Source: Dudresnaya verticillata (lineage: Eukaryota). From it: a stretch of 64,000 bases of DNA. Positions 13,601 through 25,935 of this stretch are shown here, piece by piece; the stretch's first letter is position 1, and each line of letters starts with the position of its first letter. The translations under genes were made by a program, and so were the position numbers. A model generated the notes under the pieces. The model had not been told where the DNA came from. It made no database searches and saw only the letters and a program-made list of their open reading frames with translations. The stretch spans positions 3,782,001 to 3,846,000 of the forward strand of contig OZ374557.1 of assembly GCA_977862235.1 (NCBI GenBank), read 5' to 3'.

Positions 13601-13698
13601 TTTAGGGGTTTTGGGGGTTCTAGGGGGATTCGGGGATTAGGGGTTTTAGGGTTTTTGGTTTAGGGTTTTTAGGGGTTTAAACCCCTAAAACCCCTGAA
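13601..13698. repeat. Degenerate telomere-like (TTTAGGG-type) array ending in a head-to-head palindrome
   Basis: tttagggg/ttagggg/ttttaggg units, with the perfect palindrome TTTTAGGGGTTT-AAACCCCTAAAA at 13667-13690. Confidence 0.8.
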
Positions 13699-13699
13699 C

Positions 13700-14010
13700 C
13701 GTACACACAGCACATAATCTTTCACTGTAGCTGCACTGCATTCCACTTCTGTGCCATGTAGCGCTTTTTAGAAGCAATTTCACTTCTGTTTCTCTCCGGA
13801 CGAATGTCGTGAGGGGCCGGTTCGTTTGAACTTTCCTGAGGGATCGAGACACGGGTATCGGATCAAATCTCTCGTACACATTCTTGAGTGAAAACGGCTT
13901 CGACTTCAAGTAGCCAAACTGAATTCCATCAATGCACAGAATGGGAATGTCATCGCTTTCAAATTGGGAGCACGTGAAGAGTTAAGAATAAAAGTCAATG
14001 TTGACGGGGG
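13700..14010 (-). pseudogene. Possible KDZ/CxC-type transposase fragment
   Basis: LFTCSQFESDDIPILCIDGIQFGYLK resembles the F-x-C-xx-C...hhxDGxxhG motif of KDZ-class transposases. Confidence 0.35.
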
Positions 14011-14686
14011 AATTCGCCAAGCTAGTGGCAGTCGCCAACACCAGTTGGGTTAGTGTTGGAGTTGAATGGTGCTTCGTGCACGAGTTAGCCTAGTTGGCTT
14101 ATGCAATAGGCATGGGCCGCAGCCCGGTTCCAGCTTCCTGGTATAGGAGCTGAGGCTCCGCTTCATGGCACCGGAAGCACTCTACAGAAGGAAGAGGACA
14201 ATTACCCTTGAGGGTCAAAACATGGCGACGACCAGGTTAAGGGCGCGCTTCCCTACATAGGGGTGCGCGCGCGGCGCTCATTTGGATGCTCCATAGCGTC
14301 ATGTCGTGGCGCGCCTCTAGGGCAGGAAGCCAGGTGACTTCTCTCCCAAAGTGGGGGAGATAGCCAGTTGTTTCCCAATCGACTTGGCGCACGTGCGCGT
14401 ACGGCATTCTTGATTATACCGTCGCCAGACAGTGGCCTCTCCCACTTGAGATATATCTCCTCTCGCTGTGCCACCACAGTACGCCCAAAGACACCAGTTG
14501 CCAGCAATGCGCAATTTTGCCTTACACCTCTGCCCGTGGCATCTTACAGGGCCTCCTGGTGGGTCGCGTCTCACTGCATGAGACGATGAAACCATCAGAG
14601 GCGCTCGGGCCAGTTTGGTAAGTCGTCTACCTCCAGGCTCTTGCCAACTCCCATCCCACCAGGGGCAACTGCGTTGTATGTATGAG

Positions 14687-16878
14687 TTAGAGAGGGGTGC
14701 CCCGTTTGCGATGGTACCTGGCCACGAGGTTGTGAGGAAGGTTCTCCCGTGGTTCCCATTTGTCGTCAGCGACCGAGCGCTGGTGCCAGCGAATCTTATA
14801 CCGCGCCGACTCGGGGTCATAGGACACGATCCGATCATAGACGTGCTCCCGCGGGGTAGGGCGCTGATAACGCGAGAAGCGGCGCTCCGCTGGCGAGGTT
14901 TCAGGCTCTTGGCCACGGCCTTCGCCCTTAACGACGGGCAGAGTAGCGTTAGTGGGATTCGCCTGCACCGGCTGCAGCGCGGTTAGGGGCTAGGTTCCCG
15001 AATCGATGGGGCTTGGGCCAGAAGCCGGATTCTCCTCCATGATAGTAAGGGTTTCACCCCGAGCATCCAGTGGCTGGTCAGGTGAAGACGCTAGCGTCAC
15101 TCTGTCTAGGGAGACTGATTCCCGTTCACCCTTGACTTCAAGGATCACAACGTGCGTGCCACGATCCACAAACTTATATGGGCCCAGCGCCTTAGGAAAC
15201 AGTTTGCCTTCGCGATCCACGCCATCCGCGTCTTTCACCCGAGTCTCGCGCGCTAGGAATACCCAGCTGCCAACTCTAATATCCCGGTTCACAGGACGAA
15301 CCCATCGGTTGAAGTCCGCTTGATAGAGCTTCTGCGCGAGCCTCAAACGGGGGAGAGCGGTGTCCATCAACCGCTCCAATCGCTCCGATAAGCGTTTCTT
15401 GACGTTAGTCGCGGGGACATTAGCAACGTCCAACATCTCGGATCGCTCCAGTAGCAGGGCGTTCGGGGGATTTGAGATCACCAGATCGAAAGGGGATAGC
15501 CCCGTGGCTTTGTGCACAGCGGTGTTGTACGCGAACGTGAGTGCGTTAGAAAACTCATCCCAGTCACGCTGATTCTCAGCGATAAAGTTCCTTAGCCCGG
15601 CTAGAATGGTGCGGTTAAAAGTTCGGTCTGGCCGTTACTTTGCGGGTGATATGTACACGTAAATAGATTACGCACTCGCAGAATGCTGCAAATGTTCATG
15701 AAGAACTTTGAGGCAAACTGGGACCCATTGTCCGATAGAACGTATCGCGGCGGTCCATAGACATAAACCCAGTGGTCGCAGAAGGCCTTAGCGACTGTAT
15801 AGGCCGTAATTGTCTTGGGCGGAACAGTCCGGGTTAGCTTTGAGAAGCGATCCATAATCACGAGCAAGTACTCATTTCCCTTGCTTCACTTGGTCAATGG
15901 ACCCAAAATGTCAATCCCGACAAACTCCAATGGAGCAGTGGCTGGGAAGAGCTTGAGAAACAAAGTATGCTTCCTGCGCTTGACTCGTTCTTTCGCGCAC
16001 TGTACGCAATTCCGAACGGTTGAGTAGACGGCTAAGGCCATATCTGGCCAATACACTTGCCGACGCAGGTTGTGGAACATACGGGTTCCCCCAGGGTAGC
16101 CAGCTAGGGCCGGATAATGAGCCAAGTGTAGCAACCTTTCGCGAAGGGTCGCGGGTATGAGAACCTGTATGGCTCCATCCACATAATCCTTGCGGGTGAG
16201 GAACCCTCGTTCGGCTTCCAAGTAGCATCCGGGGTTTCCCATATCAAGGCGCTTCTGCACGTCTTGGCAGAATGAGTCTCGCTTTTGCTCTCGGAGCAGC
16301 TCCTCTACAGTCACTTGTGAGAACCTGCCCTCGTCGGCTCGCTTCTCCGTAGCGGTGGCGATGAGTCTCTCGTCCATGTGACTGTAATCCTTGATGGGTT
16401 CAACTTCCCACGCCTCTAGGGGCTCTCATTTGGTGGGTATATCCGTCGACAGCATTGTCTCCGTTGAAGTCATTCGGTCTAGACCGTCTTCCTCTTCGAG
16501 TATGAAGCAAGGTATCTCAAGATCAGTCTCCTTGTGGGTATGTCCCCACTTCAGGAGGCGAGACACTGCGTCGGCAATCTGGTTCTTACACCCCGTCCGG
16601 TATTGGACCATGAAGTCATATTCTAAAAGGCGGAGCCTCCACCTCGCCAAGCATCCTGAAGCGTCAGACATACCCATGATCCAGCGTAGCGCTTGATGAT
16701 CCGTGAAAAGATCGAAGTGAGACAGTTCCAAATAGGTTTGCAATATTTGTACTGCCCATACGACTGCGAGACACTCTTTCTCTCCTACTGAGTAATTCTT
16801 CTCAGCTTTCGTCAGCGAACGGCTCCAGAAGCCAATAGGGTGTCGGTCACCGTTCTCATCTGTCTGCATCAGGGCACA
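14687..16878 (-). pseudogene. pol: Gypsy-C pol, 3' part (RNase H, integrase, chromodomain)
   Basis: ALMQTDENGDRHPIGFWSR...TDHQAL...ADAVSR; HYPALAGYPG...CVQC...GIDILGP, SDNG; YDRIVSYD...YKIRWHQRSVADDKWEP. No 3' LTR recognised to the left. Confidence 0.95.
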
Positions 16879-17410
16879 AACACAGATTTCCGGGTTTTCA
16901 GAATCCGTGTCGCGAATCAGTCTGAAAAAATGTTCATGGAATGACGATTTATATATCGCGTTGGACTGGGAAGAGAGAGCTGAGAAGAACTGTGGAATCG
17001 GTTTTGGGATAGCATGCACGGTTGCGGAGTTATGGCGTGCTGCATATAGGGGTGAAATGTCCCGAAACTTTCGCGAAAGTTTGGAAAGTTTGGGAATTTC
17101 TGGATTAAATTTTAGCCAGAAATTACATTGCCCCCTGCTGCCCTTCGGGGGCCCCCGCCAGCGCACCGGCGCCCGTGCTCCAGCATGTCTGGCCCCGCTC
17201 GCCTCACCCCCCGGTCTGCCCTGGGCTGGGACCAAGGGCGCAGTGTCGCCCCGCACGACTGGTACTGCTTGGCCCAGATTTACCCTGGCTCACCAGTATC
17301 ACCGCTCCGTCTCGTGGCCATCATTCCACTCCGGGTCCAGTGCGGCGCCTGTGCCGCACCACCTCTACCGCCATCTCGCTTGTCATATCAGACTGCAAGC
17401 TCACCACACC
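16879..17410 (+). repeat. Left TIR of element A (~530 bp, imperfect)
   Basis: Aligns by eye with the reverse complement of 44995-45572. Confidence 0.9.
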
Positions 17411-17591
17411 CCGCTGTCTACACCCGCCCCTGCCGCCCTCCCCATCAAGCCGCGCACCTCGCGCACCAACTCTACCGCACCGCGCAGGGCATTTCAAAGT
17501 GCGCGTGAAGTCGTAGACTTCACTTCTACGACATGCCCCGCCGCGGCGGTAAGTGTTGTGCGACTGGGGGAAAATTGAGCAGGTCCTGCTC

Positions 17592-18097
17592 AAGTGCTGA
17601 AACTGCATCAGGTACTGCAGAGTGACACCAACCGCTCTACCTGCGCATGGCTGCCGGTGCGCCTTGCGTCAATCGCTTTTGCGTCGCTGCGCAAACAGCC
17701 CCCGCTATTGCCATTGCAAGCCAAACAACGCAATCCACTCGCACGAAAACAATTTCGCGTGTTATCATTGCCCTCGTATTGGCATTGCAAGGCAAATAAG
17801 AATCACTCGCACAACAACAAGTTCGCGTGTTATCATTGCTCTCGTATTGCCATTGCAAGGCAAATAACAATCACTTGCACAACAACAATTTCGCGTGTTT
17901 TCATTTCCGACGACGCCAACTGCTGAAGTGCTGAAACTTCATCACGTGCTGGACCACGACATCAACCGCTCTAACTTCAAATGGCTTCCGGTGTGCCTTG
18001 CCTCAAACGCTTTTGCAACGCTGACCAAACAAACCTCGCTATTTACATTGCAAGGCAAGAAACGCACATCACTCGCAAAGTGCCAATTTCGCGTCCT
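17592..18097. repeat. Subterminal tandem repeats (three ~68-71-bp units plus a ~170-bp duplication)
   Basis: attgcaaggcaa...cactcgcac...caatttcgcgtg at ~17713, 17784, 17852 and 18048; the aagtgctgaaact block recurs at 17592 and 17926. Confidence 0.85.
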
Positions 18098-18264
18098 AGC
18101 ACTACTGCTCAAGTATAGAAAGTGGTAGTCCTGGACGAACAGGAAAAGAAATCAGTTTCATAGCAGCTCCCAAACACATTACCCTAATCAACTTCACTCT
18201 ATACTTCCCATTCTGACTCAGTAAACTTACACAACCCCCTTTTCTACTCTGTCTATTCCTTGCT

Positions 18265-21200
18265 CTACAGATGGCTGCGGGCGCTACTGTTTGTAAGGCA
18301 CTCGCGCAACTTCTTCCGCACAGAAACTGGTAGCCTGTCATTCCTGGTGAGCGAGTCGAACTCCACAAGTACGCAATCAACGGTGACGTCTTCTTCCCAT
18401 TCCTTTGCGACCCTGCGCCTGGTTTTGTAGAACGAAGGTTTGTAAGCTGCACTGAAAACATTACCGTTGTGCTTGGCTTCATACCACCGCAACAACAATT
18501 TCGAAACCTTTCATCGTCCCCTTTCACAACTTCCATAACTTTTGCCACGTAAAAAGGACATTGCTCGGTTGCCTGAACATAATTGACGGCCGCCATTCTG
18601 TTGTGGCTGTAGGTTAGGTCCTGTGCGGGTAGTTGCTCCACTTCTGGTATCTTCGGAAGCATTTAGGGGCCTCTATGCTGTCTAATGTCCCTTCGCAGCT
18701 TCCCATTCGTCTCCGGGACGTGATCCAAGTCCCAGTGAAAAGGTTCGTTTCGATCTCTATAGACGTGATCCCTAATATTTTCCAGTTCGGCGATCTGCGA
18801 CGCCTTGAGCGCTCGGACTTCGGTGCAACGTATGCGATCATTGACCTCCTTCATATCAGGTGGGCATCGCGCTATGGTCTCTGGGGTCTTAACGAGGTCA
18901 GGGGTGAATCGTATGAAGCCTTCCTGTTTGAGAGATTTGCCACGTGCTTCTGTTACAAGTGGTTTCCAGTCATCTCCACACTGAATCTTGACGAGGCATC
19001 GCGTGCGGAATCTCGCTTTTCTGCCCATTCCCTTACCACTTTGGCGAGTAATACGAAAGAATCTGTAGTGTGAGAATGCTTCAGTCTTGCCAATACACGA
19101 ATACTTGTCACACAGCCGGAAAAGTTGGCTACCTGAAGCAACCTTGCCACCGATGGACGAGGCGTGTATGAAATGCTTAGTTCGCGAAGAAGGCAAGACA
19201 TGGTCGGCATGTCTTTTGATCGGATCCTCTTGCTTGTGCAACTGAAGGCCTGGTCGATGTCGGAATGGGTGTGGCCGATTGGGAGAAAGGAAACCTGCAC
19301 TTCATGCAGAACACCCCACGCGACTAAGCACTCCAGGTAAGAAAGCATGTACTTATTTTTTCTCCCGGGTGTAGTTTTCTAGCTGCAGTAACAGCGTAGG
19401 CTGCAGAGTGCCATGGTTATGCTTGACTGTGAGAAGGCGATGGACTGTTTCGATCATGTGATTCGCGCCGGTCGCAAACTCTCCTGTCATGACGAACAGG
19501 GATAGTTGCTTCAATGAACCGTGTTCCAATGCGCCCACAACTTTGGTTGCTATGGCATGTCCACGCGTAGCCTTCGTGCTGACCACGAACTTTGGTACTC
19601 CGAACGCTTTCTGGTCCGCGCCATCAATTATCAGTGAGCAATACTCGGAGGGATACAAAGTAGCTTTTTTCGTATTCTCCCTGTAGTAAACCCTCCCCTT
19701 TGTAACCAGCTTGTAGTGTTCCTTTATACGGAGCAGGAACGGCTCCGCAAGTCTGCGGCTTGTACCGGCCCTGGTGAGTCCAGCACGAAATTCTTCACAC
19801 TCCGAACACTTTGTGAAGCGTTGGATTTTGCGGACTTTTATGTCACTGCGGTGCTGCTTCCAGACGTGGTAGAAGTAGTTTAGTCGAGGCGGGTCTTTTC
19901 CAGGATACAGTCTCTCGTGGTCCAGAAGGAAGTTCTCGTAGACCGCAGCCTTATCAAAGTACGGCAGATGCTTCTCATCTGCGTCGGGCATGTAGCTTGC
20001 TGTTACCTCAGCGAGGCGGTTGAGGTAACTTAGTATCTTATCCCTGCCCTCACCCGGAGGCGGATACGGCACGGCATTGTCACCCTCCATAGGCCGGCTT
20101 CCACCAAACTGTTTGACTGAATATTGCAGGTCCCTGGAAAACCCAAACGCCGTCTCCAGGAACGTGTAGCATACTGGCTTACCGTCGAATTAATAAATCC
20201 ATCCGGGTCGCTGCAACAACCCGTGCAAATAGTTTCGTCGATCATGGGCGTCCATACGCAACAGTTTGCGAATCTCGGCTTTCATATACACAATCGATAC
20301 CCTCTTCAAGCATTGCTTCCGCATGCAGCACTCCTTGGAGCCCCAGTCCTCTTCATCAAGCCTTTCCAGAGCAGCATTGCGACGCTTTTGCAATACAGTA
20401 TCACCAACCCTCAACTTCTTTCTTTGTCTTGCGTAGAAGCGGTACCTTCTCTTTCGGGAGCCATTGGTCTCATCCTCAGCAACTCTGGGCGTTTTCGGGA
20501 CCCGTTCAGCCTCATATGCTGCCGTGCGTCTTCGTGAAATTGTCGCACTCGGCACGTAATCCGCGTCCTTTGTCAGGTCCTCAATTTCCTGGTCGCTTCC
20601 AGTATCTTCGTCTTCTAATATTCCATCACTTCCACCTTCCACCTCTGCGTCGCTCACCAGATCCAACGTCGCAGCATCTGATTGCTCCTCACCGTGCTCT
20701 ATTTCCGAGCCATCAGCCCCTGGCGTTCGTTCCACGTCACCCTTTGTGTTAGTACTCGCGGCCAACGCCGGGGTAGCATCAGGGTCGGGTTCTGGTGCGC
20801 CACTACTAAAACCCGAACTGCTTTCAGGCGTACGTCTGACATTGTGTACAGGGCATGGATGGGGCGTGATACAGTTCTCTTCGTCGCTTGATCCTTTTCC
20901 TCGAGAAGGAATAGATCCGACAGCCCTAGCAGAGTTTTGTTTCAGATCTGCATCGCCTGTGTCTGTCACGCCTACACGAGGATCTCTCTCTTCCACGGGT
21001 GTAGTCGTGGGTTCAAGAGACACTGGGGCCGAAGAGACTGGTAAGGCGTCCGGGAAGTTATTCTTGGATGGTTTCTGGGGTCGTTCACGCATAGGTGGCC
21101 GGCGTACAGGTGTGTATTGCAGAAGTTTTGTGACATCTTCCTCTTCATTGACTTTCTCTGGCGGTGGTGTTGAAGGTCTGTTCACCGCTGCCATTTCTTC

Positions 21201-21767
21201 AACACGATGCTGCTGTTTTGGGTGAGGAGCGGATTTGCGAACCCTGAACAGAGGGGGTGTTGGTGGGTTAGCGTCAGCCACCGCACGTTTTTCCACTCCG
21301 GAGACAGTCGGACCTGAGCTTTTTCTGCGCTCTGTATTGTAGATGGTTACGAGATCCTCAATCTGGAATAGGTCCCAGGCGTGTTTTCCAGTCTGCATTC
21401 GACTCAGTGTCTCCGGACCCGGACAAGGCGTACTGCCTGGTTTGTACTGGAACGGGTTTTCGTAGGAATTGCAGTTGTGGGGGCATCGGACGAGGTGAAC
21501 TACAACCCATACTTCTCCATCACGTTGTTGAGGTCCAAGGTTGCGCCCGTGCAGGTATGTGCTGAATCGACCACTGGGATCAACGGCACCCTCCCTAAAA
21601 TCATGAGGTCGTAGCAGGGTTGCTGTAGCAACGTGTTCCCCGTTGAGAGTGAGCATGACTCGTGCGCCGGGCTTTGTTCCAGGAAGCAGCTCATCGCCGA
21701 AGTCGTCGTCGTTCTGAACTGGAACGTTTGCTGCTTTCGAAACCTGCCCAGATGAGGCTTGGGCCAT
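18265..21767 (-). pseudogene. Sola-type DDD transposase (~1150 codons, several frameshifts)
   Basis: CCMRKQC; YFYHVWK...RFTKCSEC...H; SLIIDGADQ; LQLENYTRE(N)K; SFLPIGHTHSDIDQAFS; C-terminal FYVAKVMEV...LLRWYE beta-barrel-like module. Confidence 0.85.
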
Positions 21768-22531
21768 GTCCTACTACCCCTTTCGGCAGGGGAGTCTGAG
21801 CCTTTTGCAATTAACTAGTGCAAGATGCGCCTTGCACTCAGGGCGGGCGAAGTAAAGCAACAAAATCGATGTTCCCACTAGGGCGCGATAGCTGTGCGCT
21901 ACTTGTTCTGAAGAGCTGAAATATTCGGGAGGGCCGAGGGCGCTTCTGAAACGACACCGATGTAATACTGTTCCAGAGGCGGTGGGGCGTTCTGCATGAC
22001 AGGCTTGCGTATGCCCAGAGTTGCTACGGATCCCAGTTAAAACGACTGGTATTGGAAGGGCTTCCCTTTCGCTCTGTATGCACCACTCCATTCCGCCATA
22101 CACTATAGCTCCAGTGCGAACAAAACAGTCTGATTCGAAAGACGAGCGTGCCATATTACCAATCAGAACGGACAAGTTGTGAATCTCGAGTCCCCGTCAA
22201 TCAAGAAGCAGTACTCGGTATTGCAAAGGTACGCCCTGCAGACTGCTCTATTCCGCCATGCGACCAAAAGCGGGTAGTATTGATGGGCGTAAAGGATAGG
22301 AAATAGCATCGAGAGGGACTGAGAAGTACAACCCCGGCTGCCGGCTGCGTTGATGTTTACGTCTCGATACCCCGTAATTTTTCTTGCAGAAGAAGGACAA
22401 GTCAATCCAATGAGCAGCCGTGGGCTACAGCTGGCTTTTCACCAGTTTGCGAACATGCACCAACCCGTGCATCAAGTACCAGTCTGCAAATTTGAAGTTC
22501 GCCGTGAGACAAACGTTCCAGACTCTACCTT

Positions 22532-22804
22532 ATGCACAACATGTATCAAGAGTCAAGAGAAGGGAGGCTGCATTCCGCTCAGGAGAGAATAGCTACACTA
22601 CAGGGGGAAATCAGGACCATTCGGGTGACGGTATCGTACTTGTCGCGTGAGCTTCAACGACTAGGGTGGCCAGTTGTGTGTCAAATCAACCGTCTGCTTG
22701 TCTTCATCCAGGAGAAACTTACAGAAGCAAGGGTACATATTGCGGCTTTGCAGCGCCACCTTGCCCGCAGAAACGAGGAGTCTGAAGTCACGGAACAAGC
22801 CTGA
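22532..22804 (+). CDS. Small coiled-coil/helical-hairpin protein of element A (90 aa)
   Basis: Uninterrupted ORF with heptad pattern, divergent from the transposase. Confidence 0.45.
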   Translation: MHNMYQESREGRLHSAQERIATLQGEIRTIRVTVSYLSRELQRLGWPVVCQINRLLVFIQEKLTEARVHIAALQRHLARRNEESEVTEQA

Positions 22805-23073
22805 TGCAAACGGAAGACATAAGTCTCGAAGATGTCGAAGCGCAACTCGTTGAGCTTGAAGAAGAATTCCAGCAACTTAGGAGCGCTCAGGATGAGCTAC
22901 GTCAGCTGGTTGCCCGTCTGCAGCGAGCGACTCTGCGCATGGTTGGCAGTGTCTTCCATCGGGTCCATCGCAGTATAATAGTGGCCTTATCGCAGGCTAC
23001 GTTTGCCCTACAAGCGGTGATGACATCTTTGGAGGCCCAATCCAGCCCACAATCCTCCCGCTCCGAATCCTAG
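22804..23073 (+). CDS. Small coiled-coil protein of element A (89 aa)
   Basis: LEDVEAQLVELEEEFQQLRSAQDELRQL heptads; its ATG overlaps the previous stop (TGATG). Confidence 0.5.
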   Translation: MQTEDISLEDVEAQLVELEEEFQQLRSAQDELRQLVARLQRATLRMVGSVFHRVHRSIIVALSQATFALQAVMTSLEAQSSPQSSRSES

Positions 23074-23399
23074 AAGATCTGTTCCGGAACCTCCATGCCA
23101 CGGTAGCCGCCATTAGTAAAGATTTCTGAGCGCACATCACGACCCGAGCCGTTTCCCGCCCCATCTAGGTTGCCTTCCGCTGGGTCCCTCTACCACACCG
23201 CGGCGGCGCCTTTCTTTCCTCACCGAAGCCGGCGCCCCGTTCTTCTAATTGCAGATTCCCGTACTCGGAGCTTTCCCGACACGCCACGGGAGTTGCCGGA
23301 GTGCAATGAGGCTGAGAAAATTCTCTCTCCCATTGTGTTGAACGAGCCCAGAGGTGAGTATGCCAGTGGTTGAAAAGTATGATACCTTACGATACTATC

Positions 23400-23553
23400 A
23401 AAAGACGCCATCCTTCCTGCGGATGATGGACTCAACAACTCTGCAACAACTCTGCAGAACCGAAAGTGAGATCCCCAATTCGTTGCTTGCCGCAACGCTA
23501 CAGCATTGACGCCTTTGTAAGTCCCGAGGATTCCTTCCCTTCGCAAGATGTCA
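23400..23553 (-). pseudogene. Captured fragment of a mitochondrial carrier (YHM2-like citrate/oxoglutarate carrier)
   Basis: DILRREGILGTYKGVNAVALRQATNWGSHF matches the YHM2-family KGVNAVAxRQxTNWGSRF segment. Confidence 0.75.
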
Positions 23554-24040
23554 CTAGCCAGGTGGGGGCGTGGCTGGGGTTGGCGTAGTGGGCATTTTGG
23601 GGGGTGGTGGAGGGAGGGTTGGCGGTGGCGGCAGCTCCGTGCACAGCTCATATGCGCCCTCGCCCGGTACTTTGAAGCGCATGCGCACCGGGCGCGGCGG
23701 GGAGAGGAGGGCAGACATGGTGGTTTGGAGCAGAGGAGGTTGGGCACGAAGCAGGACATAGAGCAGGAAGGGATGGTATGCGAAGCACGCGAGTAGGCGT
23801 GCGATGCTGCTCGTGTTTCGTTTCGGTGAATGCTCCGGGCTGCGCGGCGAATAACAACTCGAGATTATTCTGTAAGCCGCGATCCACGTCAGGCACTGTA
23901 ATTCCAAGGCGATCCAGCGCTGCGCGTGGACGCGCTGGAACCTCCGCACCCTCCATCAAATCGCCTGCCCAAAGCCGCCCCGCCGACACCATCAGCGTTC
24001 GAGCCTAGCCACACCCCAATCGCCCCGCTGCACATCCACA

Positions 24041-24805
24041 ACGGAGTCGATCATCGCGCTGCAGGGCGGCGACTTCGTTGTTATCGCCGGAGATGTTGCT
24101 AGTGCCGGGTCCCTCGTCGTCATGAAGGAGGACATGGACAAGATCCATCCACTCGACGAGTGCAAACTCTTCGCCGCCGCTGGTGTCCCCGGAGACGTTG
24201 TAGAGTTCACCCAACACGTGTAGAAGGACGTCAGACTGTACAACCTGCGTTCTGGCATCACCATGTCCACCGCTGCTGTCGCAAACTACACGCGCGGCGA
24301 GCTCGCCAAGTTCCTCAGGTACGAACGGGATACTGCGGATGCACATTCGTTTTGCGTGTCCCATTGCGCGAGAAGGTCACCGCTCTAACCTTGCGTCCTG
24401 CTTATGTTTTCCCGTTTGTTGCGAGCAGAAAAGCGCCGTATCAGTGCAATGTCATGATCGTGGGGTACGACGCACCGCCCAACGGCGACGGCCCGTCGCT
24501 GTACTCGTGCGATTACCTCGGTACGCTACATAAGCTCACTTTCGCCGCGGAAGGGTATGCACAGTACTTTGTGTTATCGACGCTTGATCTCATTTGGAAG
24601 AAGAATATGACTTTGGACGATGAGCTAGTGGTCATTCGTAAGTGCATCGCTGAGGTCCAGAAGCGTCTCGTCATCAACCAGCCCCGCTTTTGTATCAAAG
24701 TTGTCGGCAAGGACGGCGTCAAGTTCATAGACTCTGCAAAGCTTCCGGGCCTGAAGGCGGATGAATCGATGACTGATGCCCCGCAGACCGCAGCCCAGGC
24801 TGCAA
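24041..24805 (+). pseudogene. PSMB2: Captured, near-complete 20S proteasome beta-4 subunit gene with intron (start ATG>ACG, internal TAG)
   Basis: ESIIALQGGDFVVIAGD...MKEDMDKI...ANYTRGELAKFLR | GT-AG intron 24319-24428 with CTAAC branch site | KAPYQCNVMIVGYD...GPSLYSCDYLGT...KCIAEVQKRLVINQPRFCIKVVGKDG. Confidence 0.92.
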
Positions 24806-25149
24806 GAGCAAAACATCCCGCGTTCCCGACAGCGTTGTCCTGTGTCTGGTTTCGTCGATGTACATCAATTCGGAACAGTAAAGCCAGCGCGCCCGCTATG
24901 TCTACACACAATTGATCTTGTTTTATTAACTTTCGTCTTATGGATCTATGTGCACTTTTCTAGATTACATTCACTCGACAAGAAACCCTCCTACGCTCTT
25001 CCGCTCTTCTGTCCTCATTCTAGCCTTTGGTACGTCTGTTTATTTTCTCAGCCAACCGTGTTGCGAAAACGATGGGAGCAATCTGGTTGGGAACCTTATC
25101 CTGCCAAACACACGAGAACACACCCGCCGTGAGAACCTCGAATACTGTA

Positions 25150-25590
25150 CTGCCTCACCGTTGATCCTTGCCGACTTTCGACATCGAGGGGACGTTGAAT
25201 TCGTCAACAGCCACTGCTCCAGGCAAGTCGAGTGATAAGAATGTCCACATGCAAGCCGCCGCAGCATGTCCCCTTCCTCAAAGCTACACAAGCACACCGA
25301 GCAGCACACATCGCCGGTCGCCCCCAACTCGGCCATTTCACCCTTCGTGAAGACAAAGGAGGGAAACATGGCGTTCAAATCCGTTTCTGAAAGCTTGTCC
25401 CGGTAAGCAGAGCCGCTTCCGGCCTCCTCTGGCGGGTGGCCGTGAACAACTTCAAAAGAATTGCCGTCGGAACACGCTTGCCCACACACTGACGAACACG
25501 ACGACGGTGAGCAAGGTCAGCGTGATCAGCAGGAACGGTAGCAATAGAAAAGTAACACCTATCTCCCATTGCTCCTGGTCACTGCGAGGC
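25150..25590 (-). pseudogene. Captured TM + RING-H2 E3 ligase fragment (ATL-like)
   Basis: CSVCLCSFEEGDMLRRLACGHSYHSTCLEQWL...SPRCR, with a hydrophobic segment upstream. Confidence 0.8.
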
Positions 25591-25829
25591 GTACAGTATC
25601 GCAGCTTCTTCTTCGCGAGCAAGCTTTCCGTGGCGCGGTCTTGAAAGCGCTCCATACGGCGATCAACGCATGGGAATACCTCCATTCGAACCCTAACAGA
25701 GAATTGTGGCGACGAAAAGCCGCCCTGACCAAAGTGCGGTCGCTGGCGCATCAACCACAGAGGCGGCAATCGATGAAAGTTGTATACTCCTATGTAGAGC
25801 ACCTCGCCCTCGACCAGACGTGTTCGCAC

Positions 25830-25935
25830 AACTTTCTGCACCAGATCGAAACCAGATCATCTTCACCGCCCGTGGCGATATGATTTCCATCCGGACTGCA
25901 CACAACGCATAAAAAGGCCCCAAAATAGCTTCGGG
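25830..25935 (-). pseudogene. Captured WD40 fragment (WDR20/CreC-like)
   Basis: [30 protein letters not shown] matches the WDR20/CreC [27 protein letters not shown] repeat. Confidence 0.75.

Noticed and set aside
16879..16890. CACTA/EnSpm classification from the CACAG motif
   Set aside because: True termini are AACAC with a 4-bp TSD, and the catalytic motifs are Sola-like rather than TnpD-like
16426..17256. 276-aa ORF as a real gene (likewise the tails of 45526-46302 and 31451-31816)
   Set aside because: Chance read-through between TIR sequence and Gypsy pol across insertion junctions
17592..18097. Possible CRISPR array
   Set aside because: Units are degenerate tandem copies without unique spacers; no cas genes; eukaryotic TE context
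24041..24805. Functional host PSMB2 locus
   Set aside because: Start codon is ACG, there is an internal TAG, and it lies within a transposon among unrelated fragments
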